From assembly GCF_003918875.1 (NCBI RefSeq), contig NW_025767512.1, positions 1,364,001-1,428,000 of the forward strand: a stretch of DNA of 64,000 nt, given 5' to 3'. Under the pieces are notes generated by a model. That model saw only the letters and a list, made by a program, of their open reading frames with translations. It was not told the origin of the DNA and ran no database searches. Made by a program: the position numbers and the translations under genes. The stretch comes from Haliotis rubra (lineage: Eukaryota). How positions within the stretch are numbered: position 1 is the stretch's first letter; the number at the start of each line of letters is the position of its first letter. Below, in pieces: positions 25,047 through 36,143 of this stretch.

Positions 25047-26070
25047 TTCAGTCAGCTACTCGGGACGGTGGGGTAGCCTAGTGGTTAAAGCATTCGCTCA
25101 TCACGCTGAAGACCAGGATTCGATTCCCCACATGGGTACAATGTGTGAAGCCCATTTCTGGTGTCCCCCGCCGTGATATTGCTGGAATATTGCTAAAAGC
25201 GGCGTAAAACTAACTCACTCGCTCGCTCAATCAGCTACAGCTACAGTAATGACTGATGCGTCCATTCGCAAGGTCCAAACTAAATTCATGGGCGGGGTAG
25301 CTTAAGGGAACAAAATTGTACTTTACGTGTTTTCTTACAACATAGTTGATGGCCAGTTGTCGGAATTTGCACGGATTCCATCAGTGTGGTCACTGCCACT
25401 CACTGGTGTCGCCAGAGTATATTCAGCGTTACCGGGAGTAGGTTCTGCGTTGACCCTTACACTGGACACCGTCGTGTCGTAACAGTGAGTGAGTTTAGTT
25501 TCACGCCGCTTTTTGGCAGTATTCCAGCAATATCACGGCGGGGGACACCGGAAATGGGCTCCACACATTGTTCCCATGTGGGAAATAGAACCAGGGTCTT
25601 CGGTATGACGAGCGAACGCTTTAACCACTAGGCTACCCCGCCGTAGTTAATGGTCAGTAGACAACTTTAGAGACAACACGTTTTACTTTAAAGACAAATA
25701 ATAGTATTTACAGAAATAGATCAGCTCATCTTTTAATAATGTGTATGAAGAAGTATGTGACCTAACTCCGTGATTTGAAAATGCGATTATATGATAATTT
25801 CCTGAAACTTATTGCATTCAAACAGTTATCTTTCTTGCTTCGAGCTTTCATTTTAGAATTTGGTTAGTTTTTTATCATTTTTCAGTATGCACATAATGCA
25901 TGGTCCCATTTACTGTTGAATCTCTGTGATGCCCTCAACGGTTCCACAGTCCGCAGTAGGCAGATTGGTCTATTTCTCTTGTTACCCGTGGAGGTGTAGT
26001 AGAGGGGTTTTCCACAAATTTACCAGCACAATGATCGATATGGATTACACACCATTTTGACTACAGTTAA

Positions 26071-26486
26071 AGGCACAATGTCATCCCAAATTTCTCTAAA
26101 AATGAATAATGCATTTCTCTCAATAATACTATCAGCCATCAGGGACGTTGCATTAAATCGACTCTCGCGCCCTCTACCGGCCGAACATTAGTTCAAGTAA
26201 ACCGCACGAACCTCCAATAACCCAACTTGTGATTGAAACCAGTTCGGCAAACACCGACGACACCGCGGGCGACAGTTTTCGATGTACGAAGCAATTGTTT
26301 ACATCCATATATGGCAAGTGTTCTGTTTGGAAGCTGTTCGCCTCGAAGTTTCAATTATCGATTTCAGGCAAGTCGAAAGGCATAGTCAGTATTTAGTACA
26401 ACAATAGGAAGCTAAAGTGATTGCATATGCCCCCAATATATAAAATATAGGCCAAAATATTGTCGAAAATGGGTGGCATTGTGCCT
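26071..26486. mobile_element. Kolobok-like non-autonomous element
   Basis: TTAA TSD, TIR AGGCACAATG.CA.CC; RR...YY termini argue against piggyBac. Confidence 0.8.
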
Positions 26487-27579
26487 TTAAGGAAAATACT
26501 GGTTTGCAAGTGTACATAATGTAGAGGGCATTCCATCAACAATAATTATGGGCGAAGCAGTCAACTAGAATCGAATATTTGTAAGAGAGTTTGGGTGCTG
26601 TTTGTACTTGGAACAAGTTTGTTGTTGATCTATATGTGAGATGAAATGGAAAATTGCAAATTTGAACATTACAAAGCCATGCAGTTATCTCGTCTGTTTT
26701 CTTTAAGCAAAGACCGCCTACGGCACTATCATTGGGCCTTACGCGGCATTGTTCGTGATGTATTGCTTTTTGCTTGACAGAAAATATGATTGAAATGTTT
26801 CAACGTAAGCAGTTACATGACAAGTTTGTCAGTTTAATTCCTTGCTATTAAACATTGTTGTCTTCCATTATTACTAGCGTGTCAATGCCCATACTTCGTG
26901 GTTCAGTGACTGCTAATTACAACAAACCAAACCCTGTCGCTGTGTGAATTTGGATCGAGTCCAAAAAAGAAAGAGAGGAAGTAGATTCCTTGTAGTGTTC
27001 ATTATTCATTTATTCATGAATTCATCCCTTTCAAGTTATGAGTGTCATTCAATGTTTTATAACTCGTAAACCGACTTGTGGTGCTATATGAGCATACACA
27101 AACACATTCCATAAGACAAGCAAGAGGTTTGGCAGGACTGATGATTATGGTGCCATGGCAACATGGTACATCGAGCCTTTTAGAAGATTCTTTGAATTTT
27201 TCGCTTTCTGGGATAAAACATATTTTGTAATTTGTTCATTTTTCGTTGTTTTTCGGAAATTTCCTCATTTATGCAATTACCAAAATATGATAAAGCGTTT
27301 ATTCATTTTGGAATACAGTGGTTCTTTTAAAAATTCACCCTAAAACATAAAATAAGGAGGAGTAACGAAGAGCAGCAGAGATTTTCATAAATTTTAATTT
27401 ACTCTTATAATTGGGTTTCAGTAAGGTGTATAATTTCAAATCCCGTATGTTTATCGGGGCAAAACACCCATTACATATAAGAGACAGGTTTCGTGCGTTT
27501 TAAAACAAATATAATAAAGAAAATAAAACAAATAATACGTGCATATCCTGAGTACTAGTCGCGACTGAAGTACTTCTAT

Positions 27580-27682
27580 CATCCTGGATAATCTCCAGGG
27601 TATACGTTCCGGATTACGTTCCGATAAATCTCCAGTGGAGTGGGATTTATCGGAACGTATACCCTGGAGATTACCGAGGATG
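27580..27682. repeat. Near-perfect palindrome/hairpin
   Basis: taatctccagggtatacgttccg...acgttccgataaatc pairs with gatttatcggaacgtataccctggagatta. Confidence 0.85.
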
Positions 27683-28223
27683 TTCTGTCGGTAGGGTCAT
27701 TTTACCTCCTTGTTAAGTATAGTGGGAATAGTCATAACGTGAGGGCACTGAGTAGCCTCTGAGGAGGTAACGATTATACTGTAAAGAAATGCATTCTGAG
27801 AGGATTTGAGGGCATGGTCAATGTGAAAAGTATGGTAAAAGAACAAAGGTTAAAACAAGGTCGAAGTTTAAAATTCGTAAGAAGAAAAAACTGGAAAATG
27901 TACGTTGAATCCTACTAGAAACTGCAAGTGTAATAGACTCCATGACATTTTGAAATATTCTTTTTCATTTTTGCTGCAATATTAGATTTGGTATTCGAAC
28001 TATTTGAACAAATTGGGATATCAGCGTTAGTGAGTATTATGTAAAGTTCCAGCTTCACCGGTTTTCTGAGAAGATGCATACGACTGATGCCGGGCGCCGG
28101 ACGCGGGATGCCGGACGCCGGACGACGAACAAACAGGTCCTGGCATATGTTCGCTAGACTGTTAGTCAGGTGGGTTTAAACAGGTTAAATTTTACATCAG
28201 GTAGCAACTGGTCTTCAGCAACC

Positions 28224-28224
<1 letters not shown>

Positions 28225-28261
<37 letters not shown>

Positions 28262-28811
28262 TATCATCATCATTTATCATCATCATTTATGGCCATGAGG
28301 CCAACAGTGCTGCATGTGTAAAACAAGTAGACAAAACATGTATATGCGCCACACTGAGAATATAGATCTTATTAATTCAATTAATATGCTTATGTGTTCA
28401 TAGAGACTTTTTGTTTTGATCGAAGTACAAACATTTTTTTAAGAAAGATACAAAGTCTTAGGAGTCTATTCTTGTCCCTTGTTCTCATTAGTTTAAGAAA
28501 CATTTAAACATTAGGGTAATTACGACAGTTTTCAGGTAAATATCTAACACGATACTCATTGTAAAGAGGACACAATAATGTAATGTGGAATTCATCTTCT
28601 AGTTCAGTCACACAGGAGGTACAAAACGCAGTTTCATAGTTTTGGGAGTATCTATACGAACTAACATTAAAATCATGTACATTGCAACGCGGTTTTGTCA
28701 AACATCTCCGTAAATCTCTTGAACTAATAGTTACAAGATATTTTCAAAGAAAATAGTCTGTCTTTATGGTTGAATAGAACGTCAAGGATTTGGATAAAGC
28801 TATATTTTGAT
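28225..28811 (-). mobile_element. 3' fragment of a non-LTR retrotransposon (CR1/L2-group-like) with (ATG)n tail
   Basis: FCTSCVTELEDEFHITLLCPLYNEYRVRYL is the C-terminal CxxC...EDEFH...CP.Y motif of LINE ORF2; stops are present; microsatellite tail at 28225-28290. Confidence 0.75.
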
Positions 28812-30274
28812 ACCATGCTTGTCGTAAGAGGCGACTAACGGGATCGGTGGTCAGGCTCGCTGACTTGGTTGACACGTGTCATCGTATTCCAATTACATAG
28901 ATTGATACTTATGCTGTTAATCACTGGATGATTTGGTCCAGAATCGATTATTTTACAGACCGCCGCCATATAGCTGGAATATTGCTGAGTGTTGCGTTAA
29001 ACAAAAAACAAAAACAAAATCTGATAACCAAACAATGGGTAAGGGCTCCTTCAGGCAAGAAGAAATAATCAAACCTTCAACTGTGTTCTAGTAATCTCAG
29101 CAAGTGACAAGATTAGTTAATTTGTTTAAGTTGAACTTCTGCATTTGCTCACCCAAGCAATCGACTCGGGCTCTCAAATGGAAAAGCAGCAGGCTTCTCC
29201 TGTCGCAGTATGTCACGATAACTTCACGTTGCGTGTAAATGAATAATATTTAAAGCTAATATAATATTCTCATTCCGAGGTGGACACGCCTGAAGCTCGA
29301 ATTTCACTGAATAATAGATCCAGCACGGCCATTTTCACGGCGGATGTTGAGGATCGAAGAGATCGATCGACAGCTTGACACTCTGGGAGTGAGCGTTCGA
29401 AGACGCGGAACGTGATCCGCGGACAGTTTCAAGAATAAACACAAGAGTGAAGAAAACAAATGTTGTGTTTTCTATTCAATTAAACTTCAGCTGTGAAATG
29501 CCATGTCGAATTTAGTTTGAAAGGCAGATTTATTTTACTATCCATTTTATTGATATATCCGTTGGCCATGTGAGTTAAGTCATCATCATTTTGTGCTTGG
29601 CACCTGCACATTTACGTATGACGAAAATGAAATTGACTTATTTATTTTTCATTTCCATTGATAAATGTAAAATGTATGCAGGTGGCCCAGTCGTCGACGA
29701 TATCGCGATTTGGATAGAACAGCGTCCATTCTACGTGCCAGAGAATGCGCTGACCCCTCCCCTCAAACTCATGATCAATATGGCTAAAATGCTACACAGA
29801 CGGCCACAATACTGTTCTGCATACAACATCTTCAGATTTACGTCAAGGCATCGCGTTGCTCCCCAAATGCAGTGCTCATACAGATCACGACATTGTCTTG
29901 CACCTGTAAACCCGGTGCTCATCCAGATCAAGATGTCGTCTTGCATCCGAAATTCAATGCTTATTCAACTTCGCCATAAAGCTGGAAAATTGCTTGTACC
30001 CGAAATCCAATGTTCCACAATATCAAGATATCGCGTTGCACCCAAACACCAAGGGCTCACTCGGACAATGTATCGAAATCTATCATAACGGAATTTAATG
30101 CCACATTTCAGGTAAGTCAAAGGTTCCCCTGCACCTGGTTCTTTTGTTAGGCACGCATCAACTCAACTCGTTCTGTGGTGTAAATGCTGGTCCAGGGAAG
30201 ATACCAGACGGCCTACAAAGCATCAACGATTCGGGCACAGACAGAAGCCGGGTAATAGTCCTTATTTCAAAAGT

Positions 30275-30441
30275 TGGGGCGGTGGGGTAGTATAGCCTGG
30301 TGGGTAAAGCGTTCGCTCCTCACGCCGAAGACCCGGGTTCGATTCCCCACATGGGTACAATGTGTGAAGCCCATTTCTGGTGTCCCCTGCTGCGTTATTG
30401 CTGGAATAGTGCTAAAAGCGGCGTACAACTATACTCACTCA
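30275..30441 (+). mobile_element. Family A SINE
   Basis: Full copy with TSD atttcaaaagt. Confidence 0.9.
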
Positions 30442-31290
30442 CCATTTCAAAAGTAAATTCTAAAATAAATGTGTAAGCTATAACGTAGTGCAAAACAATC
30501 AGGGGCAGAATTTGTCCTCATCGTTGACCAGTGTTTTTCAAACTAATACCTCTGGAAATATGATGAGCCTGTTTTATAAAACTGTTTATAAAACAACGCT
30601 TCAAATTGCTATATTTTGAAGAACCAGTATTCTACATTGATAGACAGGCATTTGTCTGTATCGTTATTGTAGAAACACATATTTTCCTGACGGGTTGGCA
30701 ATCCATATCTAAAAATAAAAATCAGTGTTGATATTAAACTACTGAGATTTCAGAGCTAAGTGTAAACTAACATGTAGTCTTTGAAACGTAAATATTTTAC
30801 AGAAACTAACAGATAAAAATATATCTGAATAAAGTATAGGGATAAAGCAGCCCCAAACCTCGATCGCTCCATTTTCAGAAAATAGGGTTATCTAGACTTG
30901 CCAGCTATTATAGATTTGATTGGGCTGTTTAGGACAAATTTGTTTCAAGGTCAGTGTGACAAATTGATTAATAAGCTTGGGAGCAAAGCTAACCTTTGGC
31001 CCAGCGCTTTTTGTTGATTGACAAGCGGAGGTCACTGCACATTAGTGTACTCTTTGTTTTGTCAGATCCAAAGGCTTGGGAACGTGTGGATATTTCATGC
31101 AGATAATGTATGTAAATCGATAAGATTTTTTAACGCATTTTAATAAATCATATCCAGTAAATAGCACTTGGTCCGGTTTTTGTAATTCTTGGAATTGTCC
31201 GGATGATAATCGACGGAAGTGATAAAGGGAGATAATACAACAAGTAGAGAATGGAGCACGCTGAACCTTTGTGAAACATTTTGTAAAGCA

Positions 31291-32711
31291 ATGGCAGCAA
31301 GTTACGCTGAAAATGAACTGAATTTGCTTCCAGCTATCTATGATGTAATACGAAGGTAATATCAAATGTCTGAAGATGACAATGTTGTTTCGTAAATGCC
31401 AACTAGACATTGTATCAATATAGGATCATTTGGGTTTCGCAAACAAACGTATCACTTGCGTTAGGACACCACAACAGACTATAATGTGTGAATGCAGAGA
31501 CCACATAATCTATTATATGGTCTCTGGTGAATGTTTACGTCATTAGTGCATTTGATAAAACCACGGACTTCTGTTATCTTATAATCTTTTCCCATAGGCG
31601 GTTCAAAAATTATATTTCTACTATAAGTGATTCATTAAAATGCCCATACTATTTTCTTTCGTTTATTTGTTTAAGCGCAACACGTGTAACTAGTAGTATT
31701 TTATATTAAACAAAAGTTAACGAACACGTAATGTTCAGTTGTGAGCTTCATCTGTGAGTTTGTTGGTATCGACGTATTAGTTATCAAATGTGCTACAGAC
31801 TGTAGTACAGTGCAACACAATATAATTTATGTATTTATCACATTGAATGGGTTGTCGAAGAAATGTTTGTTCATTAGCTGTAATGGTAACAATTTGCAAT
31901 GACCATTTATCAGATGTTCAAAAGGGAAAGAGTTCCTTCCGTTCCCCCAACCTAACTCTAAACCTAACCCTAACATAAATTTTGGACTTTTAGTCATGTT
32001 TGTGAGTTCTCTAGTAATTGTTGTAAAAGTTTTGTTAATAATTTTAGCATATATTAATTTATATCTATTATTTGGGAAGGGGGAACGGGAGGATCTCTTA
32101 CTTTAAAGAGTAAAATCTTGAAAATCTAAATCACAGAATGGCATATGATGCATCAAACTATTTTATAACAGCTGATTCAACTTAAATAACCTGAAAGAGC
32201 TTCATGATTATTTTCGGATAGGAAGTGCTTTGCATTTCACATTAACAGGAGTGAGTGAGTGAGTTTAGCTTTACGCCACTTTTAGCAATATTCCAGCAAT
32301 ATCACGGCGGGAAACACCAGAAATGGGTTTCACACATTGTACCAAAGTGGGGAATCGAACCCGGGCCTTCGGCATGACGAGTGAATGCTGCATTTTAACA
32401 CTTTATGATATTAGTATCAGCTTATCCAGTAATGGGGAGTAACACAAATCCCATAGGTATTGATGTTACACTAAAAATGTGTGTTTTCTCTTCTTCAGTA
32501 TTGAGAAGGACTCCCATGATGTGAATCAAAAGATGACTGATCTTAAAACCAGCTGCAGAAAGCTCGAGAAAGTGTTGATAAACTTTCTGGCATCCAAACA
32601 AGCAAAGACGAACAATTGAAAAAGATTGCTGTGCTCCGTAAGCAGCTGACGTTGAAGACTGAGTTACTGCAGAAATACAAGAAACTGAACAATTTTGAAT
32701 TAGGACATTGA
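31291..32711 (+). CDS. MED9: Mediator subunit 9; exons 31291-31355 and 32499-32711; apparent 1-nt deletion near 32545-32550
   Basis: MAASYAENELNLLPAIYDVIRS|IEKDSHDVNQKMTDLK then, after adding one base, QLQKARESVDKLSGIQTSKDEQLKKIAVLRKQLTLKTELLQKYKKLNNFELGH*. Matches recalled MED9 FLPLVHNIIKCMDKDS...PGI...KNELLQKYK. GT-AG phase-2 intron 31356-32498. Confidence 0.88.
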
Positions 32712-32837
32712 GGCTGTTCTTGTTATAGATTCATCATCCTGTTGGTTTTACTGGAACCATTGAATATCACTTAAGTACAAGTTCTGGTTCTTCATACACC
32801 TCATCGCTGAAGACTTATTTGTGCAACTCTCTGATTA

Positions 32838-33359
32838 ATGATGGAGGGTGATACCAGTGTTCACGCCATCTATAAAAAGGATCCTGAAGAGTGGATGCAG
32901 TTTGTGTATAAACAAGTCACAGTTCTGGATGAGGGTGGGGCAGAACATACAGGCTGGGTGTTTACTATAGACCCAGTTTCAGAAACCATTGTCCTGGCTC
33001 AGTTTGATCAAGATGGCAACGTTAGCGTTGACATCATTAAAGGCAGCACTGTGTCAAAGATTACTGTTATCAATAACAATACAGAACTGTATAGAGTTCA
33101 ACTTGATCAGCTGTTCAGGCCAGCTTCAGCCTTGGCTTTGACCCCTGACGAAATGAAGAGAAGACAGCTCTTGCTAAAATCATGGCTGGAAAAGAATCGG
33201 ATTCCAGTTACAGTTGATGGAGACATTTTGACAATTGCAGATGCTCTCTTTATTGAGCCACCATATGGGTTTGAAAACTGCCGCAGTACAAATGAAATTG
33301 TGCTGGGAAGAATTCAAGGCTTGATAAAAAATATGCCTGAAGATCATGACACATGGTGA
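32838..33359 (+). CDS. GEMIN6: Gem-associated protein 6 (SMN complex, Sm-like fold), 173 aa, intronless CDS
   Basis: KKDPEEW..FVYKQV.V...GWVFTIDPVSETIVL, LKSWLEKNRIPV and IEPPYGFENCRSTNEIVLGRIQGLI match recalled Gemin6 motifs. In-frame TGA at 32832 bounds the ORF. Confidence 0.93.
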   Translation: MMEGDTSVHAIYKKDPEEWMQFVYKQVTVLDEGGAEHTGWVFTIDPVSETIVLAQFDQDGNVSVDIIKGSTVSKITVINNNTELYRVQLDQLFRPASALALTPDEMKRRQLLLKSWLEKNRIPVTVDGDILTIADALFIEPPYGFENCRSTNEIVLGRIQGLIKNMPEDHDTW

Positions 33360-33729
33360 TAAATGTCGCATGTAGATTCCTACTTCATTTTCATACATCT
33401 GCAATTATTTTCGCCAAAGTTGTCATGAAATATATCAGCCTCTGGTCATATATATCAAAACATATTGTTGTCATATATTATAACGTTTTATTACGTCAAT
33501 TTTTTTCAAAAGAGAACATGCTGTTCATCTGAGCCAGTGTTGAAAAGAACAGGGCATCTGGGTTCTGGTTCCCCTAAATGTGTCAGCTTCATACTTGTGC
33601 TTGTAGGTTTCATAAAAGTGGTAACTAAATACCTGAGTGAGTGAGTGAGTTTCTATTTAACGTCACATCGGCAATATCTCACTCAGTCATATCGTGACGA
33701 AAATACCTGAGAGTACTTATTATCCATAA

Positions 33730-33966
33730 CCCGTGATGGTCCGGGATAGAATTGATCTTCAGTAACCCATGCTGGTCGTAAGAGGCGACTAACAGGATCG
33801 GGTGGTCAGGCTCGCTGACTTGGTTGACACGTCATCGGTTCCCAATTGCACAGATTGATGCTCATGCTGTTGATCACTGGATTGTCTGGTCCAGACTCCA
33901 TTATTTACTGACCGCCGCCCTATAGCTGGAATATTGCTGAGTGCAGCGTAAAACTCACTCACTCAC
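33730..33966 (+). mobile_element. Family B SINE downstream of GEMIN6
   Basis: Full copy with TSD acttattatccata. Confidence 0.9.
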
Positions 33967-34566
33967 TTATTATCCATACTTCACAGTCTTGATGACACTG
34001 CATTCCGTCTTTAAGTGTGAATATACAAGACTGCTGTGTCTATTGAAAGAGGCTTCATACAACTCTAGGAGATGATAAAGAGCCCAATCAAAACATACAG
34101 ATTGTGGGGATCATTAATTTGTTTAGCTGGAACACATGACCATGTAATTAATATTTTAAATCAACAATCTCGTAACCTTTAGCTTTATCTGCACGTTTTG
34201 TTGGTATAAAAATAAACTGCATACAACTCCTGAAGATGGAAAGAGCCATAACTCCATACACAGACATTGTAGGATCCCATCATTCCAGGATATTCTGGCA
34301 TTGATAAATCCAGATGGATGAAGCACTTTGGCACATGTCATGTGAGGATCAATACTGTTTGTTATGTAACAACTTGTGCTCCCCTGTTACTCTGTCACTG
34401 GGCCAGGCCCTTGTGTAATTCATTGGTGAAAAGCAGCAGCACTGCAAACCAACCAAATGCATTCTCAGCGAGATCAATGGTGATGGAGGAACACTGTGTA
34501 TACAAACCCTTGAAGTGTTGGTGATGGGTATTGCTGAACCCTCATTGTGGCAAAATGTGTATCTTA

Positions 34567-34868
34567 GGGACTGTTCATAATTTATGGCTTGGGGGATGAT
34601 GATGATTTTTAATGGAGAAGCATGTGCAATGTGAATGCCCCCTCCCAACATTTATGTACAAAGTAAGTGACCCCACCTGCATGTCATGTACAAAATCAAT
34701 GCCCCATAATTTGGGTAATATTTTTATGTACAAAATTGATGAACAACCCACCACCCTCTCCCTATTACATGTGTACAAAATTGATGACCCCCCTGCCTCC
34801 CCAGAACAAAATGTGCGACCCCCTTAAATGCATCATCACCCTCCTAGCCATAAATTATGTATGGTCCC
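34567..34868. mobile_element. PIF/Harbinger-like MITE, same family as 21093
   Basis: TIR GGGAC..TTCATAATTTATGGCT, TSD TTA, shared interior. Confidence 0.85.
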
Positions 34869-35878
34869 TTAGCGTGTTCTCTGTCTTTAGTCATAAATTC
34901 ATTAAGTTGTCTACTTGAATTGTAATTTAATTTAGTTTTAATTGATGAACTTTGCATCTGATGTATGCTTAACACCTGTATGTAAACCATGATATATGTA
35001 CAATCCTTATTATGACATTTTGCTCTACCAAAATCAATTTCAAAGAAATGAAATGTGCCCAATATTCCACTCTCCAGTTTTTCTACTTATCATGTTTCTA
35101 GGAAATTGGTCAGGCTCAGTCTCTTTTTTTCAGAGGGAAAGTGTAAACCTTTTTTTTAATTTTTTCTTCTAAATTTGTAGATTGTCCTGCTTGATGAAGA
35201 CTAGACTAACACTTAGTCTCTGAATAATTATACGTCTTTCGATAGATTCAGAACTTGAGGATATCTAGACTTGCTTCATTTAAAGTTTACCATTGCAGAA
35301 AGGGCTGGGCAGAGGGGAAAATAATGCAGTTCGGGGACTGTGACACGGGCAAAACCAAGAGTGAATGTTTACTGTTTACATTTTTATTCAGTTCCTGTTG
35401 TAGCACTGAGAACTGGTTTTGAAGATTAGCCGAGTAGTATTATACCCTTATTGAGCTGGGAGATTTTGAACTGTAACTTTGTATAAGTTCAGACACCTTT
35501 GTATCGTTTTCATTTTATGTCAAGATGTCAAATCATTATAATGAATGGTCATATTCATCAGTTTCAACATTGTTCAATGAGAAATAAATACTTTTACCGG
35601 TACTTCTTTGAATGTGTTTTGTAATGAGCAAGTTTTGAGAATTGCCCCTACTTTCCAGCACAATGTTTGTGTTGTCTTTTATTGTTTACTGATGCACACT
35701 GTATATTCAGGCTCTTTGATTCTGTCCTGTTAAAATAAGTCAAGACACAACCCAGTGGTTGATGTCATGAGCAACTGCCAATCTTTTGAGTAAGTCTGAC
35801 CAACCAGAGTCTGTGTTGCTCACTGCAATCTCATTAATTTCAGATGTTTTACTCAGATAAGTTATGAAACCTAAATTA

Positions 35879-36143
35879 GGCCAGACCAATTTTATTTCTT
35901 GTTTTACGGATCCGCCTGTCGTATTTTATTAAGAATAAGAAGAAATTTTTTTCATTTTCCCCGCTCAAAAAATTAAATCCTTTGGTTTTTATTGGCCAAA
36001 ACTGTAAACTCACAAGACAAATGTTTTTTGCTCTATATACACTTCATAAATTGCCAAAAGTAAAATACTTTGAGTATTTAGAATGAATATTACTTTGACT
36101 GGTGACAAAAATCCGTAAAACAAGAAATAAAATTGGCCTGGCC
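35879..36143. mobile_element. Harbinger-like MITE, second family
   Basis: About 34-bp TIR GGCCAG.CCAATTTTATTTCTTGTTTTACGGAT, TSD TTA. Confidence 0.8.

Noticed and set aside
27149-27343. X-box-like GGTGCCATGGCAAC with a 62-aa ORF
   Set aside because: Low-complexity ORF with no homology cue or exon support.
31950-31975. Interstitial telomere repeat
   Set aside because: Only a few degenerate cctaac units, inside a small inverted-repeat element (about 31920-32105).
32709-32838. MED9-GEMIN6 fusion by stop-codon readthrough
   Set aside because: Additional in-frame stops at 32772 and 32832.
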